Below, piece by piece: positions 53,374 through 62,210 of a DNA stretch of 64,000 bases. The stretch lies in the NCBI GenBank assembly GCA_965215165.1, contig CBDCCX010000006.1, forward strand, positions 2,286,959 through 2,350,958. The letters run 5' to 3'. Below the pieces are notes generated by a model. The model worked only from the letters and a program-made list of their open reading frames with translations. It did no database searches and had not been told where the DNA came from. The stretch's first letter is position 1. Each line of letters begins with the position of its first letter. The translations under genes and the position numbers were made by a program. Source of the stretch: Rhodothermales bacterium (GTDB taxonomy: Bacteria; Bacteroidota; Rhodothermia; Rhodothermales; JANQRZ01).

Positions 53374-54420
53374 ATGAAGCTCCTCGTCCGTCTCCTGCTC
53401 GCTGGCCTCGCGCTCGGGCTGCTCGCCGCCCTCGCCGTCTACTGGCTCCTGTTTATGCCGAACACACCCGACTACGACGGCTTCCGCGGGGCCAAGCTGC
53501 CCGCCGGCTCGTCCTTCGAGACCGTCGCCGACTCGCTCGGCAGCGCGGGGCTGCTCGCCTCCCGCTCCCGGTTCGAGTGGGCGGCGACGGCGACGGGCTG
53601 GGGGCGGCAGCTCAAGCCGGGCTACTACCGCTTCGAGGACGGCGCGTCGAACTACGACCTCCTCGACAAAATCCGCAAGGGCCGGCAGGACCCGGTCCGC
53701 GTGGCCGTCCCGCCCGGCACCCGCCCCGCCGTCCTCGCCGCCGTCCTCCGCCGCGACCTTGCCGTCGACTCCGCCGCCTTCCGCGAGGCCCTCCGCGACC
53801 CTGCCTTCGCGGACGACCTCGGGACCGACACGACGCACCTCTTCGGCTACATGCGGCCCAACTCGTTCGACATCTACTGGACGACCGACGCGCGCGGCAC
53901 GGTTGAGCGGCTCAAGCGCGAGTGGGACCGCTTCTGGACCGACGAGATGCAGCGCAAGGCCGACGCGCTCGGGCTGAGCCGCGACGAGGTGGTGACGCTC
54001 GCCTCGATCGTCGAGTGGGAGGCGCGGCAGCCGGAGGAGCGGCCCCGGATTGCGGGCGTCTACCTGAACCGCCTGCTCGGGCGGACACGGGCGGGCCGGA
54101 TGCGGCTCCAGGCCGACCCGACGGTGCAGTACGCCCTCATGCGAAAGGAAGGAGGTCGGATGCGCCGCCTCCTCTTCGCCGACTACGCGTTCCCCGACGC
54201 CTACAACACCTACCTCATCGACGGCCTCCCGCCCGGCCCGATCAACAACCCGTCGGAGTCCTCCGTCCTCGCCGTGCTCGACCCCGAGGCGCACGAGTAC
54301 CTCTACTTCGTGGCGACCGGCGACGGGACGCATACCTTCAGCCGAACCCTCGCCGAGCACAACCGCGCCGCCGAGCGCTACCGCGCCCTGATGCGCGAAC
54401 GACGCGAGGAGCAGAGCTAG
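53374..54420 (+). CDS. mltG: endolytic murein transglycosylase MltG (YceG family)
   Basis: Internal ATG 53374: N-terminal TM helix; ...LASIVEWEA....ERP.IAGVYLNRL....RLQADPTVQY...YNTYL..GLPPGPINNP... Confidence 0.9.
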   Translation: MKLLVRLLLAGLALGLLAALAVYWLLFMPNTPDYDGFRGAKLPAGSSFETVADSLGSAGLLASRSRFEWAATATGWGRQLKPGYYRFEDGASNYDLLDKIRKGRQDPVRVAVPPGTRPAVLAAVLRRDLAVDSAAFREALRDPAFADDLGTDTTHLFGYMRPNSFDIYWTTDARGTVERLKREWDRFWTDEMQRKADALGLSRDEVVTLASIVEWEARQPEERPRIAGVYLNRLLGRTRAGRMRLQADPTVQYALMRKEGGRMRRLLFADYAFPDAYNTYLIDGLPPGPINNPSESSVLAVLDPEAHEYLYFVATGDGTHTFSRTLAEHNRAAERYRALMRERREEQS

Positions 54421-54469
54421 TTAGGATAAACCCTCGGGCGAAGCGTGCTTTGCCCCTACGAATCTCACC

Positions 54470-56224
54470 GTGACCCTCAACTGGGATCAAGTCTTTGCGC
54501 TCGTCCAGGCCCAGCTCCGGCTGGACCTGCGGCACCCCAAGACGGGGGCGGCGCGGTCCTCGCGCGTCCTCCTGACGGTGATTTCTTACGGCGTCTCGTC
54601 GCTCCTCCTTGCCCTCTCCCTCAAGTCCCAGGCGGCCGATACCGAGGCCGTCCTCTTCGCCGGGCTGTCGTTCGCCGTCATCCTCGCGGCGTTCGCCGTG
54701 GTGGGGACGTACGACGATCTGATGGGACGGCCTCGCGACCACGCGTGGGCCGTGACGCTGCCCGCCTCCGAGGCGACGCAGTACGTCGCCCGGCTCGTCA
54801 ACGTCGGCCTGTTTGCCGCGCTCGTGGGCGTCTCTACGGCGGGGCCGCTGGCGGCGCTCGTCGGCTGGGCGAGTGGGGTCGGGACCGGTCTGGCGGCGGG
54901 CGGGCTGCTCATCGGCACTGTGCTTGGGACCGTCTTCGCCGTGCTGGCGGCGGTGTGGGGACTGACGCTCGCGCTGCCGCCGCGCGCGCTCAAGCCGGCG
55001 CTCGCAGTCGGGCGGGCCGGTCTCGTGGGGGCGCTCGTGATCGGGTACCAGTGGATCGGGACCCAGGCGGCGCTCTCGGCCGAGGTCCCCTGGTGGCCCG
55101 CCCGATGGATTCTCGACGGCCTCTGGCTCGCCGAGGGCGCTGGGGGCGCGACGGCCGGGATGGCGGTGCTCACCGCTGGCCTCGCGGTCTGCTTCGGCCT
55201 CGCGTTTCCCCGGCGCTACTTCGCGCTCTTCCAACGCGCCGCCGACAGCGAGGCGACTACCACGCGCAGCCGCACACCTCGCCTCGCTCCGAACCGGCTC
55301 GAGCGGCTCGTCGTCCGCACCCCCGAAGCCCGCGCCGCGTTCGGCTTCACCGTGGCGGCCCTCCGGAGCGACCGGCTGGTGCGCGGGCGCGCGTGGCCGT
55401 CGGCCCTGCTGGCGCTGCTCTTCGCCGGCTTCGGCTGGTGGAGCGGCGGGCTGGGCGACCTCTTCGTGTGGGGTGCGGAGCACATCCTGCTGCACTCGGC
55501 CGTGCAGATGCACCTCTCGGTGCTCGTCGTGCTGCTCTTCAGCGCGCAGACCCTCGTGCAGGCCGTCCAGTTCTCGGCGAACGAGCAGGCGGCCTGGCTG
55601 TTCGAGGCGCTTCCGGTGCGGAGCGGACGGGCGTTGCAGGTCGGGGCGCAGGCGGCGCTCGTGGCGCGGGTGCTGGTGCCGCTGCACCTCGCGCTGGCAG
55701 GGCTGCTCGCGCTCTCGGTGCCGCTCGGCCACGCCCTCCTCCACGCCGGGTTCTGGCTCGCGGCGTGCGCGCTCACGACGCGGGTGCAGGCGCTGACGCA
55801 CCGCCGCCCGCCGTTCTCGCAGCGCTCGGACCGCTTCTCGCTGGCCGAGCGCTTCGTCCCGCTCGTCCTCTCGATCCCGGCCGCCATCGGGTTCCTGCTC
55901 CTCCAGACCGTCGCCTTCGCCTCAGTGCCGAGCGCTGCGCTGATGCTCGCCGGACTCGGCGTCGTCCACGCCGCGCTGGGTCAGCTTCCCAGTTTCCAGA
56001 CCGGGCGCGCTCGCCCTCAGCATGGCACCCAGCCTCGTCGCTCGTGCCGAAGGCGGACGCCTAGAGCTGCCCTAGCCGCCTCTCGCCGGCGACTCGTAGC
56101 CGGGTGGGGCCACGCCGCGCTCGAACCCGTACTCCCGCCGGAAGCCCAGCCTCTTGGCAGCCGCCAGGTCCGCACGCGGAATGAGGACGTAGAGTATTGC
56201 CGGCAAGGGTCCGGGGCGGCCTGA
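54470..56224 (+). CDS. polytopic membrane protein, function unknown (584 aa; last about 75 aa look non-genuine)
   Basis: GTG 54470. About 12 hydrophobic segments up to about aa 505. The tail (…RARPQHGTQPRRSCRRRTPRAALAASRRRL…) is Arg-rich and overlaps the convergent gene 56072..56458. Confidence 0.6.
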   Translation: MTLNWDQVFALVQAQLRLDLRHPKTGAARSSRVLLTVISYGVSSLLLALSLKSQAADTEAVLFAGLSFAVILAAFAVVGTYDDLMGRPRDHAWAVTLPASEATQYVARLVNVGLFAALVGVSTAGPLAALVGWASGVGTGLAAGGLLIGTVLGTVFAVLAAVWGLTLALPPRALKPALAVGRAGLVGALVIGYQWIGTQAALSAEVPWWPARWILDGLWLAEGAGGATAGMAVLTAGLAVCFGLAFPRRYFALFQRAADSEATTTRSRTPRLAPNRLERLVVRTPEARAAFGFTVAALRSDRLVRGRAWPSALLALLFAGFGWWSGGLGDLFVWGAEHILLHSAVQMHLSVLVVLLFSAQTLVQAVQFSANEQAAWLFEALPVRSGRALQVGAQAALVARVLVPLHLALAGLLALSVPLGHALLHAGFWLAACALTTRVQALTHRRPPFSQRSDRFSLAERFVPLVLSIPAAIGFLLLQTVAFASVPSAALMLAGLGVVHAALGQLPSFQTGRARPQHGTQPRRSCRRRTPRAALAASRRRLVAGWGHAALEPVLPPEAQPLGSRQVRTRNEDVEYCRQGSGAA

Positions 56225-56458
56225 GTACTGGCACGCTACGTTGCCCTCTTCCTCGAACCGCACGATCCCGACGCCGGCGGCCTCTAATTGATCGCGAACA
56301 CCCGGCACGATGTGCGCACCTGAAACGCCCGTCCGACTGCACCCCACGCTTCGTGTGATCCATACGTGCGTCGGGCCGACATCATCGGACGGTGGCATCA
56401 GAATAGTATAGCCACACCCGGCACCGCAGAGCACCACGAGGAGCAGGAGCGCGCGCAT
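56072..56458 (-). CDS. small lipoprotein (128 aa), function unknown
   Basis: Internal ATG (rc 56456-58): MRALLLLVVLCGAGC (lipobox). Starts 2 nt after the stop codon of 56461..57777. Confidence 0.6.
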   Translation of the reverse strand: MRALLLLVVLCGAGCGYTILMPPSDDVGPTHVWITRSVGCSRTGVSGAHIVPGVRDQLEAAGVGIVRFEEEGNVACQYSGRPGPLPAILYVLIPRADLAAAKRLGFRREYGFERGVAPPGYESPARGG

Positions 56459-56460
56459 CG

Positions 56461-57777
56461 TCACAGGTCCACGCGGACGCCGACGAGGAAGCGGTTGCGG
56501 GCGAGGTCCTCGCGCACGACCGGCTCGTCCAGAAACCCACTTACGTTCTCGATGCTGTACGGCACCACCTCGTCCTCGAACGCCGTGAACGCGTAGGCTA
56601 CGTCGAGCGCGATCCGGTCCAGCGTCTCCAGGCTGAAGCCGAGCGTGTAGGTCGTCCGCAGCCGGTCCAGGTCGATCCCGAGACGGTCGAACTCCTCGCC
56701 GAGCGGGTCGGGCTGGTAGGCGGCCCCGACGCGGACGGCCCACGGGCCGAGGTCGTACTCCGCCCCGAAGCGCGTGTTGAAGACCTCGCTGTAGGCGCGG
56801 CGCAGGTCGAGGTTGCCCTCGGGAAAGTCGTCGCTCGGGCGCAGCCGCGCCTGGGACCAGTCGACGAACTCGATGTCGGCTGCCAGCAGGAGACCGCCGG
56901 CGTCGTAGACCAGACCGCCGGCGAGCCGCCACGGCGTCGTGATCGAATAGTCGAACCCGTCGGCGAAGAGCAGGCCGCCATCGAAGTCGAGGGTCTCAAA
57001 CGACTCCTCAATGCGGAAGTAGGTGGGCGTCTCAGCCGCGAGCCCGAGGCGGACACCGGGCGAGACCTCGGCGACGACGCCCGCGCGGAGGTTTACGCCG
57101 CCCAGCTCCGTCTCGAGGAACCCGATGAACTGGTCGCCGAAGAGCAGGTCGTAGCGGTCGACGAGAGCGCCGCCCCGGTCGAACTCGTCGTAGAACTGCT
57201 CGAACTGGTACGTCCCGCCGACGAGGCTGAGCGAGAGCCCGGCCAGCACACGCGGCGCGACTTCGACCGCCCCGACGACCGACAGCTCCCCGCGCTCGCC
57301 CTCCTCGAACACGTCCCCGAACTGATCGAGGCCGCGTTCGCCGTCGGCCTCCGGGTTGAACCCGACGAACGACAGCTCGCGCTCGAACGAGGCCGTCTGG
57401 TGGTAGCCCGCTCCGAAGACGAGCGCCCCCCGCCGCACCGGCGCGACGGCGACGTAGGCCCCGCTGCCGAGCGTGGCGTGCGTGGCCGTCGCCGAGGTGC
57501 GCTCGCCGAAATAGGTAGCCTCGCTCCGAAGCGAACCCCCGGCGAACGAGCCGACCGCGTGCGTGCGGCCGACCAGGCCCAGTCCCGCTGGATTGGCGAA
57601 AGCGGCCCCCCAGTCGCCGACGCCGCCGACGGACGCTCCGGCTAGGCCTGTCATCCGGGCACCGATGGCGGGGAGGCGCTGGCTGTAGCGGAGCACGTCC
57701 TCGCCCGTCTGCGCGCGCGCCGGAAGCACAGCGAGGACCGTCAGGAGAGCGGCGACGGAGAGGGCACGAGCATTCAT
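56461..57777 (-). CDS. FadL/PorV-like outer-membrane beta-barrel protein (438 aa)
   Basis: Signal peptide MNARALSVAALLTVLAVLPARAQ. N-terminal ...GARMTGLAGASVGGVGDWGAAFANPAGLGL (the GxGGA...D...NPAGL motif of FadL/OMPP1/PorV-type barrels). Alternating beta-strand pattern throughout. Confidence 0.65.
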   Translation of the reverse strand: MNARALSVAALLTVLAVLPARAQTGEDVLRYSQRLPAIGARMTGLAGASVGGVGDWGAAFANPAGLGLVGRTHAVGSFAGGSLRSEATYFGERTSATATHATLGSGAYVAVAPVRRGALVFGAGYHQTASFERELSFVGFNPEADGERGLDQFGDVFEEGERGELSVVGAVEVAPRVLAGLSLSLVGGTYQFEQFYDEFDRGGALVDRYDLLFGDQFIGFLETELGGVNLRAGVVAEVSPGVRLGLAAETPTYFRIEESFETLDFDGGLLFADGFDYSITTPWRLAGGLVYDAGGLLLAADIEFVDWSQARLRPSDDFPEGNLDLRRAYSEVFNTRFGAEYDLGPWAVRVGAAYQPDPLGEEFDRLGIDLDRLRTTYTLGFSLETLDRIALDVAYAFTAFEDEVVPYSIENVSGFLDEPVVREDLARNRFLVGVRVDL

Positions 57778-57876
57778 AGCGTCTGCTGGCTGTGGGAACT
57801 GAACACAGAGGAGGCCCGCACGGGGCGCACGGGCCTCCTCTGATACGTTTGGCTGTCAGGGCTAGGTCAGGGCGTC

Positions 57877-59496
57877 CTACTCGCCCCCACCGCGCCGCGA
57901 GCTGCCGGAGCGGCTCCCGCCTCGGCTCGACGAGCCGCGCGACGAGGAGCCGCTGCGCGAGGAGCCGGCACTGGACCCGCCGGAGCGCGACGGCGGCGAG
58001 CTTGGCCGGGCACTCGGGCGCGGCGACGGCCGCGAGGGCGCGCTGGGCCGGGCGCTCGGGCGACGGCTCGACGAGCCTGACTGAGCACTCGGGCGGCGGC
58101 TGGACGAACCGGAGCGCGCCCCGTCATCGTCCCCTGAGCGGCGCGACGGCTCCGTGCGCGGCGTCCGGCGGGTCGGCGCGCGCTGGGTGCGGGGCGTGCG
58201 GTCCGGCTGGGCGCGCGGTGTCCGTGCCGTGCGGTCGGGCTGGGTGCGAACGGTGCGGTCCGGCTGGACGCGTGTGGTGCGTGGCGTGCGATCCGGTTGC
58301 GTGCTCGGTACGCGCGTCGTGCGCGGCGTGCGGTCGGGCTGAACCCGCGTGGTGCGGTCCGGTTGGGTGCGGACGGTGCGGTCGGGTTGGACGCGCGTGG
58401 TGGCGTCGGGCGTCGTCACGCGCGGCGTGCGAGTCGTGGGCGGTACCGAGGTGTCGCGGACGCGGTCCGTCCTGATGCCCGAGGGGCGGATCGAGGCGGA
58501 AGGCGTGCGCGTCGGAGCCGTCGTGCGGATCGACGTGCTCGTGGTCCCCTGCTGGGCCAGGACGTGCTGCCGCGTCGTATTGCCGAGCGTGCGGATGCTG
58601 CCCACGCCGAGCGGGGCGTCGAGCAGGACGTTGTCGGTGCGCCCATCGGTGTAGGCTGAGAGGGCTTGGCGGCGCGTGCGCCCGGTGCCGAGCGCCGTGC
58701 GGATGCTGCCGCGGGGACGGCGGTCCCGAATCCCGCTGCCGTGGCCGTCTCCGTACCCGCTGTTGTACCCCCCTGCTCCGGCGTAGAAACCGTCGTTGAA
58801 GCCCGCCGCGTAGCTGTTGTGATAGCCACCGCCATAGTAGCCGCCGCCGTAGTAGGACGGACGGTAGCCGTAGTACGGCGCGTAATAGGGATCGTAGTAG
58901 AAGGGGTCGTAGTAGCCCGCGTAGTACGGCGAGCCGAAGTGGACGCCGATGCTAAAGCCCGCGCCGTAGCGGTAGCGGAGGTCGAAGAACGGATCGTAGC
59001 CGTAGGCCCAGGACGGAGCCGGGTAGTAGGGCGAGTAGAAGTGGTGCCAGCGGTAGCGGTTCGGCCGGTAGTACGGCGCGTAGCTGACGAAGTATGGATC
59101 GTAGTAGCGCCCGCCGTAGTAGTCCCCATAGCCGTCGTAGTACGGGTCGTAGTCCTGGTAGACCTCGTCTCTGTAGCGGTAGCGCGTGACGCGGACCGGG
59201 TCGTCGGAACGCGGATCGTCGTACTGTCCCTCCTGGTAGACCTCCTCGCGGTACGCCTCGTCCTCGAAATAGACGGCCTCGTCATAGCCCGCGTCGTAGC
59301 CGAGGCCGAGGCGGGCGGTCTCGCCGCTCCACGTCGGTGCCGCGTCAGGGATCTCTGGAGCGCGCTCGGCCGGGAGGCGGTAGGCATCGGCGCTCGCGGC
59401 GTGGGACGACGGGCCGAGTTGGGTGTAGCAGCTCGAGAGCCCAACGGTGAGGGCGACGAGCGCGAGCGGGACGAGGAGGCGAGAGCGTGTGTTCAT
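57877..59496 (-). CDS. lipoprotein with extreme Tyr-rich, tandem-repeat and Arg/Ser-rich low-complexity regions (539 aa)
   Basis: Internal ATG (rc 59494-96): MNTRSRLLVPLALVALTVGLSSC (lipobox). About 49 Tyr in about 190 residues (…YYDPYFVSYAPYYRPNRYRWHHFYSPYY…YYGGGYYGGGY…). 7 x QPDRT repeats. C-terminal RSGSSSRRPSA…SSRGGSRSGSSRRGGGE. Confidence 0.7.
   Translation of the reverse strand: MNTRSRLLVPLALVALTVGLSSCYTQLGPSSHAASADAYRLPAERAPEIPDAAPTWSGETARLGLGYDAGYDEAVYFEDEAYREEVYQEGQYDDPRSDDPVRVTRYRYRDEVYQDYDPYYDGYGDYYGGRYYDPYFVSYAPYYRPNRYRWHHFYSPYYPAPSWAYGYDPFFDLRYRYGAGFSIGVHFGSPYYAGYYDPFYYDPYYAPYYGYRPSYYGGGYYGGGYHNSYAAGFNDGFYAGAGGYNSGYGDGHGSGIRDRRPRGSIRTALGTGRTRRQALSAYTDGRTDNVLLDAPLGVGSIRTLGNTTRQHVLAQQGTTSTSIRTTAPTRTPSASIRPSGIRTDRVRDTSVPPTTRTPRVTTPDATTRVQPDRTVRTQPDRTTRVQPDRTPRTTRVPSTQPDRTPRTTRVQPDRTVRTQPDRTARTPRAQPDRTPRTQRAPTRRTPRTEPSRRSGDDDGARSGSSSRRPSAQSGSSSRRPSARPSAPSRPSPRPSARPSSPPSRSGGSSAGSSRSGSSSRGSSSRGGSRSGSSRRGGGE
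58170..58400 (-). repeat. in-frame coding tandem repeats (QPDRTxRT units, about 30-nt period)
   Basis: The plus strand shows reiterated gtgcggtc(c/g)gg(c/t)tgg units. Translation on the minus strand: TRVQPDRTVRTQPDRTTRVQPDRTPRTTRVPSTQPDRTPRTTRVQPDRTVRTQPDRTARTPRAQPDRTPRT. Confidence 0.8.
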
Positions 59497-59586
59497 GGTC
59501 AGCCGAGTCGATGGAAGGCGGCGGCGCAGAGCGGTCAGCGGTGTACCGACGGGGCGCTCAGAAGGTCCCCCGCCCGAGCCGGCGCG

Positions 59587-59618
59587 TTGCCGCGATTCGG
59601 CCGGGGAGGGTATATTTG
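59587..59618 (+). promoter_or_regulatory. candidate Bacteroidota-type promoter for proS (TTG-N21-TAtaTTTG)
   Basis: TTG 59587-89, tatatttg 59611-18 (matches the TAnnTTTG -7 element described for Bacteroidetes sigma-A), about 145 nt upstream of ATG 59762. Confidence 0.3.
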
Positions 59619-59761
59619 GCAGCCTCACCCGCAAGCCGCCGCGCCCGATCCGGAAGTAACACGTGCAACAAACGCGCCGACGGCTTCGGCGTGCCCCTCG
59701 CGCCCCGACCGTCCGGGGCGCGCGCCGTTCTCGCCCTCTTTCCGACACGCCCCCGCCCCCT

Positions 59762-61237
59762 ATGGCAGACGCCATCACGCCCCGCTCCCAGGACTACGCG
59801 CAGTGGTATGTCGACGTCGTCCGTGCCGCTGGCCTCGCCGAGTACTCGCCCGTGCGCGGCTCGATGATCATCCCGCCCAACGGCTACGCGCTCTGGGAGA
59901 ACATGCAGCGCGCCCTCGACGCCATGTTCAAGGCGACCGGCCACCGCAACGCCTACTTCCCGCTCTTCATCCCCCAGAGCTTTCTGGCGAAAGAGGCCGC
60001 GCACGTCGAGGGCTTCGCCAAGGAGTGCGCCATCGTCACCCACTACCGCCTCAAGACCGACGACGACGGCACCCTGATCGTAGACCCCGACGCCAAGCTC
60101 GAAGAGCCGCTGATCGTCCGCCCGACCTCGGAGACGATCATCTGGGACGCCTACAGCCGGTGGATCCAGAGCTGGCGCGACCTCCCGATCCTCATCAACC
60201 AGTGGGCCAACGTCGTCCGGTGGGAGATGCGGACGCGGCTCTTCCTCCGCACCGCCGAGTTCCTCTGGCAGGAGGGCCACACCGCCCACGCCACCGAGCC
60301 CGAGGCCGTCGAGGAGGCCCGCCGGATGCTCGACGTCTACGCGACCTTCGCCGAGGAGTGGATGGCGATGCCGGTCATCAAAGGGGCCAAGACCGAGAGC
60401 GAGCGCTTCCCCGGTGCCGTCGACACCTACGCCATCGAGGCGATGATGCAGGACGGCAAGGCCCTCCAGGCCGGGACCTCGCACTTCCTCGGCCAGAACT
60501 TCGCGCGCGCTTTCGACTGCACCTTTACTAACAAGGACAACGTGCAGGAGCACGTCTGGGCCACGAGCTGGGGCGTCTCGACGCGGCTCGTCGGCGGGCT
60601 CGTGATGACGCACGGCGACGACCAGGGCTTGGTCCTCCCGCCGCGCTTGGCTCCGACGCAGGTCGTGATCGTCCCGATCTACCGCGCCAACAAGGAGGAC
60701 GACAAGCGCGCCGTGCTCGACGCCATCGAGGCCATCCGGCGCGAGCTGGACGTGGCCGGCGTCCGGGTCCACGTCGACGCTAGGGAGGAGCAGCGTCCGG
60801 GCTGGAAGTTCAACGAGTACGAGGTGCAGGGCGTCCCGCTCCGCCTCGCCGTCGGCCCGCGCGACGTCCAGAACGGCACCGCCGAGCTCGCCCGCCGCGA
60901 CCGCGACGGCAAAACGTCCGTCCCGCTCGGCACCCTCACCGCCACGGTGACCGACCTGCTCGACGAGATCCAGCGAGGCCTCTTCGCCCAGGCGAAGGAC
61001 CGGCGCGACAGCCGGACGACAAAGGCGGACAGCTACGACGCCTTCAAAGAGGCCATCGACGGCGGCGGGTTCGTGCTCGCCCACTGGGACGGCACGCCCG
61101 AGACCGAGGCCCGGATCAAGGACGAGACCAAGGCCACGATTCGCGTCGTTCCCTTCGAGCGCGACGACGAGCCAGGCGCGGACCTGCTCACCGGCGAGCC
61201 GTCGGAAGGCCGCGTGGTGTTCGCCCGGTCGTACTGA
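59762..61237 (+). CDS. proS: proline--tRNA ligase (archaeal/eukaryote-like short form, 491 aa)
   Basis: Internal ATG 59762: [46 protein letters not shown]...; class II motifs (…[15 protein letters not shown]…, …[11 protein letters not shown]…); C-terminal ...FARSY. Confidence 0.95.
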   Translation: MADAITPRSQDYAQWYVDVVRAAGLAEYSPVRGSMIIPPNGYALWENMQRALDAMFKATGHRNAYFPLFIPQSFLAKEAAHVEGFAKECAIVTHYRLKTDDDGTLIVDPDAKLEEPLIVRPTSETIIWDAYSRWIQSWRDLPILINQWANVVRWEMRTRLFLRTAEFLWQEGHTAHATEPEAVEEARRMLDVYATFAEEWMAMPVIKGAKTESERFPGAVDTYAIEAMMQDGKALQAGTSHFLGQNFARAFDCTFTNKDNVQEHVWATSWGVSTRLVGGLVMTHGDDQGLVLPPRLAPTQVVIVPIYRANKEDDKRAVLDAIEAIRRELDVAGVRVHVDAREEQRPGWKFNEYEVQGVPLRLAVGPRDVQNGTAELARRDRDGKTSVPLGTLTATVTDLLDEIQRGLFAQAKDRRDSRTTKADSYDAFKEAIDGGGFVLAHWDGTPETEARIKDETKATIRVVPFERDDEPGADLLTGEPSEGRVVFARSY

Positions 61238-61345
61238 AGTCGTGCTGGGAAGGGACGAGGGGCAGAACGGGGGGCAGAACGAGGAGCCTCCATCCGTATC
61301 GTTACAGCCTATCTCATCTCTTCTCCCTTTCTCCCTCTCACAGAA

Positions 61346-62038
61346 ATGCGATCCGGCAGCGCACCAGCAAACGAGACGCGCCGAACCGCCGCGTACCGGG
61401 CGGCGAACCTGCTGTCGTACCTCATCAACCCGCTCGTGCTACCGCCCGTCGGGTTCGGGCTGATCCTGTGGCACTTCGGTGCGCCGGGGTGGGAGATCGC
61501 GCTCATCTCGGCCATCTCGCTCGTGTTCTTCTGCCTGGTGCCCCTCGCGCACGTCGTGTGGATGATCCGCCGGGGCCAGGCCGACTCGCTGGAGGTGCGG
61601 CGGCAGGATCAGCGCCTGCGGCCGTTTCTGGTTGGGATCGCGTCCTACGTCGTCGGCATCGTCGCGATGGCGCTGGTTGGGACGACGGCGGGGCCGCTCC
61701 TCGTCGCCCTCGCGCTGATCTATCCGGTCAACACGGCGATCCTGCTGCTGGTCAACCTCCGCTGGAAGATCTCGATCCACATGACGAGCCTGGCCGGCTT
61801 CGTCTCGATCCTGCTGTTCGTCTCGCTCACCGTCTGGCGCGACCTCCCGCCGGACACGGAGCTGGCGCTGACGGCGCTGACCGTGACCCCGCTCTTGGTG
61901 CTCGTGCCGCTCTTGATGTGGGCGCGCGTCCGCGTCGGGGCGCACACGCCGGGGCAGGTGGCGGCCGGCGCGCTCTTCGGCCTGGCGATGCCGGCGGCCG
62001 AGCTGTTCGTCATCGTCCGCGTGCTCGGGCTGGTATAG
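61346..62038 (+). CDS. PAP2-superfamily membrane phosphatase-like protein
   Basis: Six TM helices; ...KISIHM... and ...RVRVGAHTPGQVAAG... correspond to PAP2 motifs C2/C3. Confidence 0.65.
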   Translation: MRSGSAPANETRRTAAYRAANLLSYLINPLVLPPVGFGLILWHFGAPGWEIALISAISLVFFCLVPLAHVVWMIRRGQADSLEVRRQDQRLRPFLVGIASYVVGIVAMALVGTTAGPLLVALALIYPVNTAILLLVNLRWKISIHMTSLAGFVSILLFVSLTVWRDLPPDTELALTALTVTPLLVLVPLLMWARVRVGAHTPGQVAAGALFGLAMPAAELFVIVRVLGLV

Positions 62039-62092
62039 CCGGGCGAGTGTAACGAAAGGGTAGAATCGCGTCCCCTTCTCCAGCGGTTTTAA

Positions 62093-62130
62093 GGCAGGGC
62101 AGCATCAGGCCTTATATTTGCCGCCCTGCC
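62093..62130. repeat. 12-bp (1 mismatch) hairpin containing a TATATTTG box
   Basis: ggcagggcagca (62093-104) / tgccgccctgcc (62119-130), with a 14-nt loop. tatatttg sits at 62113-20, about 90 nt upstream of the TonB-receptor ATG. Confidence 0.5.
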
Positions 62131-62210
62131 TCACCAAACCCCCGACGCCGCTGCGACTGGCTACCGTCCGTTCCCGTTCCTCCACTTCCGGTGCCCTGCA
62201 CCCTGACGGT

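Noticed and set aside
56461-57777. Naming the beta-barrel specifically PorV or PorP/SprF of the T9SS
   Set aside because: Only the generic FadL/PorV-superfamily N-terminal motif is recognisable. The YSQ...NPAG spacing does not fit PorP/SprF, and I cannot discriminate PorV from other FadL-like barrels without an HMM search.
58170-58400. About 30-nt periodic repeats considered as a CRISPR-like or satellite array
   Set aside because: The units are contiguous with no unique spacers. They are in frame and translate to QPDRT repeats within a continuous lipoprotein ORF.
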